Below are positions 48,829-58,167 of a stretch of 64,000 nucleotides of DNA, piece after piece. The stretch lies in NCBI GenBank assembly GCA_965242725.1, contig CBDESZ010000026.1, forward strand, positions 64,001 through 128,000, read 5' to 3'. The notes beneath the pieces were generated by a model that was given only the letters and a program-made list of their open reading frames with translations, had not been told where the DNA came from and ran no database searches. Each line of letters begins with the position of its first letter. Within the stretch, counting starts at the first letter, position 1. The DNA is from Alkalispirochaeta sp. Lineage in GTDB: Bacteria; Spirochaetota; Spirochaetia; DSM-27196; Alkalispirochaetaceae. The position numbers and the translations under genes are program-made.

Positions 48829-49644
48829 TCAGCCGACCGGTTTCTTTTTGACCAGGCGAAGATAGTTGCTCAGGCGCATTTTGTACGCCATCGGAATCGT
48901 CTCGGCGTTGAAATTGACGGCGAAGGCGGCGATGTCCGATCTGCCTTCCACCGGTTCGTACCGAACGATATTGCCCTTCAGGTGGAGCGTTTCCGTCGGG
49001 TCTTCAAAATCGAAACTGACCTGGATCGGTTTGTTTACAAGAAACTTTGCGAGTCCCGGCATGATGATCTTGGTCCCGCTGAAGGAAATGTCCCGGACGA
49101 GTGCCCGTCTCGGCACGTTGTCCACGACGACCTGTGCTCCCTTTGAGGCGAGGCCGATCTTCTTGGCGATGTCCGGAGAGACGATAATCCGCTCCTCGCC
49201 GCGTCGCTGCGCCGCATGGTTTGCGTCAAGTATATTTCCGAGACGCTCTATCAGATCATCCGGGGGACGTTGGGTGAAGACGAGATTCATGAAACTGAGG
49301 CCCTTTTTGGGATCACCATAGGACGATATTCCGGATATCTTGGAGGAGACAAAAAAGGCAAGAGGATCGTTCTTTTCCCGCTGAATGAAACTGAACCGCA
49401 AGGTGACGAGGTTTTTCGACTTCTGCAGCGTCTCCTTGAGGGAGGGTTGCATCGTGGTGATGATTTTTGCCCCCGTCATGGAGCTGGAGTAGATAATGCA
49501 CGGCCACTGATAGCCCAGGGCTTTTATGAAAACCTGCTTGGTGTTGAGAAAAAGAGCACGAATAATCTCTTTCGTAAATGTCACCTCGGTGGTCTGATAG
49601 TTCTCATAGTACCGGGATATCTGTTGGCTGGTTGTTACGGCCAT
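48829..49644 (-). CDS. PilZ-domain c-di-GMP receptor (spirochete PlzA type)
   Basis: RRGEER (RxxxR) and DISFSG (DxSxxG) motifs after an N-terminal barrel domain. Confidence 0.85.
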   Translation of the reverse strand: MAVTTSQQISRYYENYQTTEVTFTKEIIRALFLNTKQVFIKALGYQWPCIIYSSSMTGAKIITTMQPSLKETLQKSKNLVTLRFSFIQREKNDPLAFFVSSKISGISSYGDPKKGLSFMNLVFTQRPPDDLIERLGNILDANHAAQRRGEERIIVSPDIAKKIGLASKGAQVVVDNVPRRALVRDISFSGTKIIMPGLAKFLVNKPIQVSFDFEDPTETLHLKGNIVRYEPVEGRSDIAAFAVNFNAETIPMAYKMRLSNYLRLVKKKPVG

Positions 49645-49690
49645 CGCTGCCTGCAGATTATGTCATCCTCGGATTGGATGTCAACAAAGG

Positions 49691-49999
49691 CTATCGTTCA
49701 GGAAAGGTGGAATCGATCTTGTCGATGAGGGAAAGGGTGATTTTTTCAATTTCCGCAACGTGGTCCGCCGGCAGGTTAACACCCCGGGGTGGGGTGGTTT
49801 TGTGGTCCCGCTCCCGAAAGAGCTCATCCGTGACCAGAAGTGCTGCAAGGATCGCCTTCTTCAGCGGGTCCCCCGTCGCGACGGAGGACTCAATTTCCCG
49901 GACACGGTCGGAATAGTGATTCAGAATTTTTTCTATGTATTCCGGCGATTCGTCCGACTGTATTTGAAAGGATGTACCAAGGAGCTCAATGCGCATCAT
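49691..49999 (-). CDS. zapA: Cell division protein ZapA
   Basis: IELLGTSFQI.SDE..EY...AILAALLVTDELF. Confidence 0.85.
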   Translation of the reverse strand: MMRIELLGTSFQIQSDESPEYIEKILNHYSDRVREIESSVATGDPLKKAILAALLVTDELFRERDHKTTPPRGVNLPADHVAEIEKITLSLIDKIDSTFPER

Positions 50000-50004
50000 T
50001 TCGC

Positions 50005-50463
50005 TCAGAAGATATCGAGTTCCGGCCCCGACTCCTCCGAGTCATACAAATTCTGCGATTCATCATCGGATTCATTGAGTTGTGCCGTCTCGGTGAGCTC
50101 CGTTTCGTCGGCATCGCCGTCATCCGCCGGAATGTTCTCATCCGAGGTATAAGGCTCATCCGCCGTGACTTCCTCTGCCGGCGATTCATCCTGATCGCTG
50201 TGCACGACCCGGTCTTCCTGTACGCCTTCCACGACGGCGTCTTCAACTTCATCAAGACGCTGGAGGGCATTGAGGACACCCTGCTCGATTTCCGCCTGAT
50301 TGGAAGAGTATTGTTCGATCTTGCCTTCAAGATCCTGGATGCGTTCCTGATAACCTTCAAGACGTTCCCGAAGTTCGCGGTTTTCCCGTTGGAGCTCGCT
50401 CGTCCGGGTTATGACACGTTGGACGCGTTCGTCCAGGAGGCGGACCTGTTCAAGACTCAGCAT
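50005..50463 (-). CDS. ZapB-like coiled-coil protein with acidic tail
   Basis: MLSLEQVRLLDERVQ coiled coil; lies between rplT and zapA. Confidence 0.65.
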   Translation of the reverse strand: MLSLEQVRLLDERVQRVITRTSELQRENRELRERLEGYQERIQDLEGKIEQYSSNQAEIEQGVLNALQRLDEVEDAVVEGVQEDRVVHSDQDESPAEEVTADEPYTSDENIPADDGDADETELTETAQLNESDDESQNLYDSEESGPELDIF

Positions 50464-50482
50464 AGTTGATTCACCCTTCGAC

Positions 50483-50842
50483 TCAGCTTTTCAGCTGAGC
50501 CTGGGCGGTTGAAACGAGTTCCCGGAATGCGTCGCGATCCTGAATCGCGAGATTGGAAAGGGCCTTGCGGTTGATTTGCACATCCGCCTTGTTCAGTCCC
50601 TCCATGAAACGGGAGTAGGTGAGACCTTCGGCACGGCACGCTGCATTGATACGGGCGATCCAGAGGCGGCGGAAATCCCGCTTTCTCGCCTTTCTGTCAC
50701 GATAGGCGTATTCGCCCGCTTTCATCAGCGCATCTTTGGCCGTCCGGAATGTGTTCTTTCGTCGACCCCAGTACCCTTTTGTCTGGGATGTAATCTTTCG
50801 GCGACGATCCTTTCGTCGCGTTCCGTCTACTGCTCTTGGCAT
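50483..50842 (-). CDS. rplT: 50S ribosomal protein L20
   Basis: KGYWGRR, YAYRDR, RRLWIARINAA, NRKALSNLA. Confidence 0.98.
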   Translation of the reverse strand: MPRAVDGTRRKDRRRKITSQTKGYWGRRKNTFRTAKDALMKAGEYAYRDRKARKRDFRRLWIARINAACRAEGLTYSRFMEGLNKADVQINRKALSNLAIQDRDAFRELVSTAQAQLKS

Positions 50843-50907
50843 TGTATCGTTACCTCTTCAAGCTAATATTACGTTCAGTATTGGTGATGCCGGGAGTTGC
50901 CGCGTCA

Positions 50908-51105
50908 TCAACCGTAGGGGAGCAGCGTCTTGGCCCGTTTCTGCTCGGCAGGGCTGAGAATTCCCGCTTTTCGCAGATGCCGTTTTCTCTTCGTCGATTT
51001 CTTGGAGAGAATATGACGCATTCCCTGCTTCTTGTATTTTACCTTACCGTTTCCCGTAACGGTATAACGCTTCGCCGCGGCGCGGCGGGTCTTCATTTTC
51101 GGCAT
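50908..51105 (-). CDS. rpmI: 50S ribosomal protein L35
   Basis: [13 protein letters not shown]...[15 protein letters not shown]. Confidence 0.98.
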   Translation of the reverse strand: MPKMKTRRAAAKRYTVTGNGKVKYKKQGMRHILSKKSTKRKRHLRKAGILSPAEQKRAKTLLPYG

Positions 51106-51126
51106 TCCATGCTCCTTGAATCGAAA

Positions 51127-51651
51127 TTATTTTCCCTTGCCGCCGGGAGACAGAATCATAGACATGAAACGCCCTTCCATAGCCGGTTTTTTATCGACCT
51201 GAAAGGGAACCTCGATCATATCAACAATCTTATCGAGAACAACTTTTCCAAGTTCCGTATGGGCAAGTTCCCGTCCGCGAAACCGGATCGTCACCTTTAC
51301 TTTTGACCCCGCGTCGAGAAAGTCCTGAATATGACGGGTCTTGAACTCCAGATCGTGAGATTCGATCTTGGGCTGCATCCGGACCTCTTTCATCTTCAGA
51401 AGCTTCTGTTTCTTGCGGGACTCCCGGGCGTTTTTTTCCTGTTCGAATTTGAACTTACCGTAATCCAGCAGCTTGCACACAGGCGGTTTTGCCTGAGGTG
51501 CCACCTCAACAAGGTCGACGCCCTGTTCCTGTGCCATTTTGAGCGCTTCGAGCGTGGGGACAATGCCCAACTGCTCACCATCGCTGCCGACGAGTCGAAC
51601 TTCTCGTACCCGTATCGCCTCATTTGTGCGTAGCTCTTGTTTGGCCAACAT
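51127..51651 (-). CDS. infC: Translation initiation factor IF-3
   Basis: [36 protein letters not shown]; start is ATG 51651 or TTG 51648. Confidence 0.97.
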   Translation of the reverse strand: MLAKQELRTNEAIRVREVRLVGSDGEQLGIVPTLEALKMAQEQGVDLVEVAPQAKPPVCKLLDYGKFKFEQEKNARESRKKQKLLKMKEVRMQPKIESHDLEFKTRHIQDFLDAGSKVKVTIRFRGRELAHTELGKVVLDKIVDMIEVPFQVDKKPAMEGRFMSMILSPGGKGK

Positions 51652-51876
51652 ACCTCCCGTGTGTGTTACTCATACTCCAGATTACAGGTGGAAAACCATA
51701 TCATCGGCGTCAAAAAGAGTCAAATCCCATGAGCGCATCAATGGCTCCGGCATAGTTCTTTTTTAAGATACTCTTTTCCGCCGGAGGATTTCCATAGCAA
51801 CCGGGAGATTCCATTACCCGATTCCGCAACGGGATTGCTTGTATTCCCCGGGAGAGTAGTGATACCGTTCCGTGTC

Positions 51877-52575
51877 ATGGCGCTCTTTCCAGTTCTCTTA
51901 CCCGTCCTCGGGGCGATAGCATGTCTTTCCTTTTTCGGGCCGCGGTTCCGGGAGATTACCTATTTCAAGGATCTTCCTGTAACGGTTTCGACCGTCAGAA
52001 ATCCCTTTGTAAAAGCGTTTTTCCTCTTTGTACCGTTTTACCTCGTGAGACTTGCGTATTTCACATACCTTGAAATGAGTTACTCCCTCGGCGGTATCTA
52101 TATGTACTATCTGGTCGGCGATTATGTCGGCGTGTTTTTCATCATCGCCGGGGCGGCCTTCTTCTTTAACCGTTCACTCAGGAACCGGGAACCTCTTGAA
52201 CAGTACGTCGGATACCTGACCTTCTTTACGGTCATTCTCGTACTTACCGCTTTCATGGACGCAATTCTCGGCGACGGGTACTGGACACTCTACGAGCTCT
52301 TTCTGCGGCCCCTTATCAACGTAGCCCTCCTTACCCTCATCCCGCTTTCCATTATCCATGCAGACACGGCGCGGGGAGGAGGATGGGCGGTCCTCTTTAT
52401 TCTCGTCGCCCCCTTTATTGCGGGACTGTCCGCCATGTGGAGCGAGTGGCTGCGACCGTCGTCGGCGTTGTTCGGCCTCGTTGCCGTATGCGGTTTTTCG
52501 GTTTTCGGCGTATATTGGCAGCTCTTCCGAACCGCCGGCGGCACGGGAGGCGATGCAACCACCGGTGAGCCCTAA
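51877..52575 (+). CDS. Hypothetical integral membrane protein
   Basis: About 7 hydrophobic segments. Confidence 0.7.
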   Translation: MALFPVLLPVLGAIACLSFFGPRFREITYFKDLPVTVSTVRNPFVKAFFLFVPFYLVRLAYFTYLEMSYSLGGIYMYYLVGDYVGVFFIIAGAAFFFNRSLRNREPLEQYVGYLTFFTVILVLTAFMDAILGDGYWTLYELFLRPLINVALLTLIPLSIIHADTARGGGWAVLFILVAPFIAGLSAMWSEWLRPSSALFGLVAVCGFSVFGVYWQLFRTAGGTGGDATTGEP

Positions 52576-53303
52576 ATCTGTTCTACCGATTGTCGCAATT
52601 GCATTCCTTCTTCCTGCGCTCATCGGGTGCGCTCCTCCGGCCGTACTCTATATACCTGAATCTCTGACGGAGCCGCCCTTGCGGGAGGTGCTGGAGGATT
52701 CCCTTCCGTCGCAGGCGGGAAGGCGCCCGACGGTATCGCTGAGGTCCAGGGAGGAATTCCCGGGGAGGAGCGACGTCGTCCTTTCAAACGATTCATTCGT
52801 CATATGCACCTCCGACGGCGGACGGTGCGCAACACTTCTCTTTGACGGGGCGGGAATCACGGAACGTATCGAGGAGGCGGCGGCGTATCTTCTCGCCGAC
52901 CCGCATATTGAACGGGTCATCGTTGCCCTGGACGACGACCGCAGACGTGTTGCGGATACCCTCAGGACGGGATCATCGGTTGAAATTCGCATTCAACATG
53001 AAAGAGACGCGTCAAATTCTTTCGAATCCCTCGCCGGAGAGGTGGCCTCGTCTGAAGTTGGGGTTTATACTGTTACTGGGGCGGGAGAACGGAGGTATTC
53101 TCCGCAGCATGGGAGTTACCGACGGTACGCGCCGGGTCGTGGCTGAGTTTCTGCTGCCCGCCGGCGGTGACCGGTTGGCGGCTGCCGGATACCCTCTCGC
53201 CGGCGTGATCAGTTACTCTTGGACGGAGGCGGTCGACCGCTTCCTTCGGGGGGACGCTGAAGGGGACAGAATTAACGTTCCATTGCAATTTTTCCGATAT
53301 TGA
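52553..53303 (+). CDS. Hypothetical lipoprotein; apparent +1 frameshift at G4 53060-53063
   Basis: Lipobox LIGC; removing one G joins ...SSEVG to FILLLGRE...LQFFRY. Confidence 0.55.
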
Positions 53304-53317
53304 GGGACACATGTGGT

Positions 53318-53347
53318 TTGACAAAGGGAATGGTCGGTTTCTATAAT
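53318..53347 (+). promoter_or_regulatory. sigma70 promoter of the flaA pair
   Basis: TTGACA-N18-TATAAT. Confidence 0.8.
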
Positions 53348-53407
53348 GCCGAAGATGAATAGGTATATCATCCCCGTTATTTTGACGCACTCGATAAGGA
53401 GCAAAGC

Positions 53408-54178
53408 ATGAAAATAGGTCGCCTGCTCGGTATTGGCCTTCTTGCCGTGTTGTTAATGCCCATGGTGGCTTTCGGACAACAAGAAGCAACGACCAACTAC
53501 CAGTCAATCGTGATAGAGGATTTTGACAATCCCGAGGAAAGCCGGTGGACTGTCCAAGCGAGCAAGTTTATCGCGGAAGGCTACCCGCGACAGGCGTCGG
53601 TCAATACATGGCCGGAGGCGTTGTATCGACGGGAGCCGGAAGGAAGGACGCTGCGCGCCCTGGGTGTACAGGCGGCATTTGATCGACAGGGGTATAACTT
53701 TCTCGAGTTCATACCGGTGGAAGAAAACGAAAACGGCGAGGAAGTCCCCCGGGGAATCCCGATTCCCGGTAAGGTCAACAACATGGATATCTGGGTCTGG
53801 GGTTCAAACTTCGACTACTACATGGATGTCCACCTTCGCGACTATCGCGGAATGACCCACGTTGTCCGCCTTGGTGATATCAACTATCGCGGTTGGAGAA
53901 ATACACGCATCAACATTCCCACCTGGATTCCTCAGGACACTCGTTACGTCGCAGAGTTGCGCAACGGCGAGTTTGCCTCGGATTTACGTGGTCTCGAGCT
54001 TACAAAACTCGTATTGTGGACGCGTCCGCAGGAACGGGTGAACGGATTTTTTGTCTACATCGACGAAATTAAAGTGGAAACCGACATGTATCGTGATCCT
54101 TTTGACGGCGAAGAGCTGCGGGATGCCGAATACGTGCAGGAATTGTGGGCCAACGCGTCTGAAGGCGAGGGGAATTAA
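53408..54178 (+). CDS. flaA: Flagellar filament sheath protein
   Basis: Signal peptide; DIWVWGSNFDY, LGDINYRGW...IP, FFVYID. Confidence 0.88.
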   Translation: MKIGRLLGIGLLAVLLMPMVAFGQQEATTNYQSIVIEDFDNPEESRWTVQASKFIAEGYPRQASVNTWPEALYRREPEGRTLRALGVQAAFDRQGYNFLEFIPVEENENGEEVPRGIPIPGKVNNMDIWVWGSNFDYYMDVHLRDYRGMTHVVRLGDINYRGWRNTRINIPTWIPQDTRYVAELRNGEFASDLRGLELTKLVLWTRPQERVNGFFVYIDEIKVETDMYRDPFDGEELRDAEYVQELWANASEGEGN

Positions 54179-54181
54179 ACC

Positions 54182-54886
54182 ATGAAACGAGTAATTGTGT
54201 TGGCGTCTATAGTGGCGCTCCTGAGTGTGGCCGGGGTTTTTGCCCAGGAAACTCAACCGGATCCCGAATCTCTCGGGGTGGATACGGCTCAACAGAACCT
54301 TCAAGAAATTTCAATCGATCGGTTTGAGGATCCCGGATTCTGGTTGTCGTCCATACCGGCCGACCGTGGCCTGATCATGCATCGCCGCGTTCAGGGCGGT
54401 CCCATGGACAAGGAACCGATTCCGGCGGAGGTGGAAGCGGGCATCGAACCGACCGACGAAAACGTCATCGGCGTCAAAGCTGATTTTTATCGCCGCGGGC
54501 CCGTTACGATCTCCCTTGTGCCCACGCGACCGCTAGCAGTTCCCGGTATCGTGAAGACGCTCTCACTCTGGGTCGTCGGACGGAATTTCAACCACCGTCT
54601 CAACATCATCCTGGAAGACTACTACGGGAACATCGCGGTCCTGCCCATGGGCAGACTGAATTTCAGCGGCTGGAAACAGCTTACCGTGGCGATTCCGCCG
54701 ACGATGGTGCAGCGTAATCCTCATTACACCGTCGAGACGGGTATCAGGGTACGGGGATTCACAATTGATACCAATATCAACGAAACCTACGGAACCTACT
54801 ACGTCTACTTTGATGATCTGCGGGCGGTGACGGACCTCTTCGGTGAAGAGGCTCGTGATCCCGACGACATGGTCGACAATTGGTAA
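54182..54886 (+). CDS. flaA: Flagellar filament sheath protein, second paralog
   Basis: Signal peptide; SLWVVGRNFNH, GRLNFSGWKQL.VAIP, YVYFDDLRAVTD. Confidence 0.88.
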   Translation: MKRVIVLASIVALLSVAGVFAQETQPDPESLGVDTAQQNLQEISIDRFEDPGFWLSSIPADRGLIMHRRVQGGPMDKEPIPAEVEAGIEPTDENVIGVKADFYRRGPVTISLVPTRPLAVPGIVKTLSLWVVGRNFNHRLNIILEDYYGNIAVLPMGRLNFSGWKQLTVAIPPTMVQRNPHYTVETGIRVRGFTIDTNINETYGTYYVYFDDLRAVTDLFGEEARDPDDMVDNW

Positions 54887-54911
54887 GTTCTTTTTCTTCA
54901 AGGAATGTAGT

Positions 54912-54938
54912 AGCCTCCCCCCGGGGAGGCTTTTTTTT
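54912..54938 (+). terminator. Terminator after flaA, overlapping the SD of the next gene
   Basis: AGCCTCCC-cccg-GGGAGGCT followed by a T tract. Confidence 0.8.
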
Positions 54939-56138
54939 ATGAGACCTGGGCGAGAGTTTCTTCGCCACGCGTACTTTTTTCGTGAGCTCGATGATTCTGT
55001 AATCGACGCGGTATCCCGGGTCTGTGGAGAGATCTCATTTCCCGCAGGGGAGATCATTTTCCGGGAAGGTGAGCGGGGCAATACGCTTTTTATCGTCCTG
55101 TCCGGTGAGATCGGCGTGTGGAAACACTACGGGATGGATGACGAGAGCCTCCTCTTTCGTAATCAGACGGGCAGGATATTCGGTGAAATGGCCCTTGTTG
55201 ACGAGCTGCCCCGAAGCGCCACCGCCGTCGCGATGGAAGACAGCGATCTTCTCTACCTGCGGCGTGACGATTTTGCACAGCTTGTCGGGCGGTATCCGGA
55301 CCTTGCCATCTCCATCATGCGCTCCCTTTCCGCCATTGTTCGTGAAAGCAACGACAGTTTTGTCGCGGACCTCCATCGACGCAATCAGGAGCTGGAAGAA
55401 GCGTACCGGAAACTTGAAAAAGCGCAGAATGATCTCCTTGCACAGGAGCGTCTCTCCAACCTCGGAAAGATTTCAAATATGATTCTTCACGACATCCGTA
55501 ATCCGGTTTCCGTGCTCAGGGGGTACGCGGATACCCTTGAAAAGAGCGCAAACAATCCGGACCGCGTTCGTGAGTTTGCAGGAAGGGTAAAGACCGAGGC
55601 CGACCGGCTCGCCAACCTTGCGGGAGAACTGCTGGACTACTCCCGGGGGGAAATTCGGCTGGATCTCTCCGTCAGCAATCCGAGTACGATCATTTCCACA
55701 GCCCTGGAGTATCTGGTGCATCGTCTCGATGCGGCGGGGGTGACGGTGTCGACTGAAATTCGCAACGATACGGCGGTGGTCGTCGATTTTCAACGCATGG
55801 TTCGATCCGTCCTCAACCTGCTGGATAACGCGGGGAAGGCGTGTCACAGCGGTGACGTCATTTCCATTTGTGCCGATCGATCTGAACAGTACTGGTGGTT
55901 TACGATAAGCGATACCGGAGAGGGGATGTCCGAGGAGACGAGGGAACGGATGTTTGAACCGTTCTTTTCCGTTTCTTCCCGGGGCGGCTCGGGGCTTGGA
56001 CTTGTAATCGTCAGGAATACCGTAGAGGCACACGGCGGAAAGCTCTCTGTACAGTCCGCACTGGGGAAGGGAACGACATTTACCGTTACCATTCCGGTTC
56101 GCGCGGGAATGGTACAGCGCAACCCGGAGGCATTGTGA
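54939..56138 (+). CDS. Cyclic-nucleotide-binding-domain histidine kinase
   Basis: IFREGERG...FGEMALVDELPRSATA; HDIRNP, NLLDNA, DTGEGM, GSGLGL. Confidence 0.9.
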   Translation: MRPGREFLRHAYFFRELDDSVIDAVSRVCGEISFPAGEIIFREGERGNTLFIVLSGEIGVWKHYGMDDESLLFRNQTGRIFGEMALVDELPRSATAVAMEDSDLLYLRRDDFAQLVGRYPDLAISIMRSLSAIVRESNDSFVADLHRRNQELEEAYRKLEKAQNDLLAQERLSNLGKISNMILHDIRNPVSVLRGYADTLEKSANNPDRVREFAGRVKTEADRLANLAGELLDYSRGEIRLDLSVSNPSTIISTALEYLVHRLDAAGVTVSTEIRNDTAVVVDFQRMVRSVLNLLDNAGKACHSGDVISICADRSEQYWWFTISDTGEGMSEETRERMFEPFFSVSSRGGSGLGLVIVRNTVEAHGGKLSVQSALGKGTTFTVTIPVRAGMVQRNPEAL

Positions 56139-57145
56139 CGGCAGGAATGGTTACCTTCTATTCCGTACTGGTAGTCATCGGTATGGGGCTTCTGTACCTC
56201 GGCGGCGGGGGGCTCGTGAAAGGTGCCGGCGGAATGGCGCTGCATTTTCGTATTCCGCCCCTCGTCATCGGATTGACCGTCGTTGCCTTCGGCACGTCGG
56301 CGCCGGAGCTGTTCGTGAGCGTCCTCTCCGCGCTTCAGGGGAAAATGGGCGTCTCGATCGGTAATGTGGTGGGCAGCAACGTCATAAACATCGCGCTTAT
56401 TCTCGGAATTTCCGCGGTGGCCAGACCGGCACCGGTCGATCGGGGCGTCATCAGGATTGATGCCCCCTTTATGCTTTTTACCTATCTCCTCGTCGCGCTG
56501 GCGGCTGTCCAACTCGGAGGCGCCCCCGCGGTCTGGCTGGGGGGTGTTATGGAACGATGGGAAGGACTGGCTCTCGCTGCGGTCCTCGTCTGGTATGTGC
56601 TGCTTCTCTATCGTCGCAGCGTACACACGAAGCGTACCTCCGCGCCCCTCGTAGAGTCATTACCCGATGAGCGTGACGCATCACGGTCGGTGGCGATGGA
56701 CATCGTTCTGGTCGGCGGCGGGATTGCCGCACTCGCCGTCGGGGCGGAGCTGCTTGTACGCGGCGCAAGCACCCTGGCGACGGATGTGTTCGGCGCGAGC
56801 GACCGTTTTGTCGGCATCGTCATCGTCGCATTCGGCACGAGTCTCCCCGAGCTCTTCACTACCATCGCCGGCATCAGCCGGGGAGAAATGGATATATCCG
56901 TCGGCAATATCGTGGGCAGCAACATATTCAATTCGCTTATGGTTCTGGGAATGACGGCGATGGTACGTCCCATTGAGATCGGCACCACCGATTACCGTGG
57001 CGATTTTGCCTTTATGGTCGGAACGACACTGCTATTGGTTCTGTTTCTGGCGGCCAGGCGAAAGGTGCCACGGGCGGGCGGAGTGCTTTTTCTGACGATA
57101 TACGTCGCGTATTTCACGTTCCTGGTAATGACCAGAACGGTGTAA
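56135..57145 (+). CDS. Ca2+/Na+ antiporter (YrbG family)
   Basis: Two alpha repeats: AFGTSAPE/GNVVGSN and AFGTSLPE/GNIVGSN. Confidence 0.92.
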   Translation: MTAGMVTFYSVLVVIGMGLLYLGGGGLVKGAGGMALHFRIPPLVIGLTVVAFGTSAPELFVSVLSALQGKMGVSIGNVVGSNVINIALILGISAVARPAPVDRGVIRIDAPFMLFTYLLVALAAVQLGGAPAVWLGGVMERWEGLALAAVLVWYVLLLYRRSVHTKRTSAPLVESLPDERDASRSVAMDIVLVGGGIAALAVGAELLVRGASTLATDVFGASDRFVGIVIVAFGTSLPELFTTIAGISRGEMDISVGNIVGSNIFNSLMVLGMTAMVRPIEIGTTDYRGDFAFMVGTTLLLVLFLAARRKVPRAGGVLFLTIYVAYFTFLVMTRTV

Positions 57146-57165
57146 CTGTATTCAGGGAGAGACAG

Positions 57166-58068
57166 TTGGCACGTAGTGTAGATTTAATCGGTATCACCCT
57201 CATTGGAGCCGTCGCAAATATCATTCTCGCCGCCGGTAAGATCGTCGGCGGAATCTTTGCCTTCAGTGCCGCTCTCGTCGCCGACGGAGTCCACTCCCTT
57301 TCCGACCTCGCGACGGATGCGATTGTCGTTTTTGGGGTCAAGGCTGCGAGGCGGCCGCCGGATGACAACCACACCTTCGGCCACTGGAGATATGAGACGA
57401 TCAGTGCCCTCTTTGTCGGGTTGTTTCTTATTGCCGCGGGGATAGCCATTGGATGGCAGGGTGTTGAACGAATCGGCCATATCCTGGAAGGGGGGGCCGT
57501 CCCGCCGCCGCGAAGCCTCGCGGTCTGGCTCGCCGCGATATCGATCATTACCAAGGAAATCCTCTTTCGGGTTACCCGGCGGATCGGCTGGAATCAGGGA
57601 AGTACCGCCATCGTCGCAAACGCGTGGCATCACCGCTCCGACGCGTTGAGTTCCGTCGCATCGTTCTTCGGCATATCGGGAGCGATCATTTTTGGAGATC
57701 ACTGGGTGATACTCGACCCGTTGACGGCGATTGTCGTTGCCGTTCTTATCGTCTATGTCGGGGCTCGGACCGGTGTTGAGGCACTTCGGGAAATGTCGGA
57801 CTATTCCCTGTCGGAAGAGGAGTGTAACGAGTTGCTCACGATCGTTGCCGACGTACCCGGTGTAAGTGATCCCCACAACCTCAAGACGCGCCGACTTGGC
57901 CCGGTGGTGGCGATTGAAGTCCACTTCCGTGTCCGCGGGGCAATGACCGTCAGGGACGGACACGTTCGTGCGACGGAAGTGGAACGACGTGTACGGGAAC
58001 GTTTCGGTCCGGAGACGCGGGTCATCACCCATGTGGAGCCGGAACTGCCGCAACAGGATGTCAATTAA
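57166..58068 (+). CDS. Cation diffusion facilitator transporter
   Basis: ADGVHSLSD, PPDDNHTFGH, AWHHRSD, THVEP. Confidence 0.92.
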   Translation: MARSVDLIGITLIGAVANIILAAGKIVGGIFAFSAALVADGVHSLSDLATDAIVVFGVKAARRPPDDNHTFGHWRYETISALFVGLFLIAAGIAIGWQGVERIGHILEGGAVPPPRSLAVWLAAISIITKEILFRVTRRIGWNQGSTAIVANAWHHRSDALSSVASFFGISGAIIFGDHWVILDPLTAIVVAVLIVYVGARTGVEALREMSDYSLSEEECNELLTIVADVPGVSDPHNLKTRRLGPVVAIEVHFRVRGAMTVRDGHVRATEVERRVRERFGPETRVITHVEPELPQQDVN

Positions 58069-58070
58069 TA

Positions 58071-58088
58071 ATGTGAAAGAATTCACAA
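58071..58088. promoter_or_regulatory. Rex operator
   Basis: ATGTGAA-AGAA-TTCACAA versus Rex consensus TTGTGAA-N4-TTCACAA. Confidence 0.75.
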
Positions 58089-58167
58089 TAAAAAACAAAA
58101 TGATCAGTTAATGTTGCATCATTCGGAATAATATTTTACAATCGATCATTCGATTCACGGAGGCTAC

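Noticed and set aside
53055..53070. Phase variation of the lipoprotein
   Set aside because: G4 is too short for a contingency tract; an indel error is more likely
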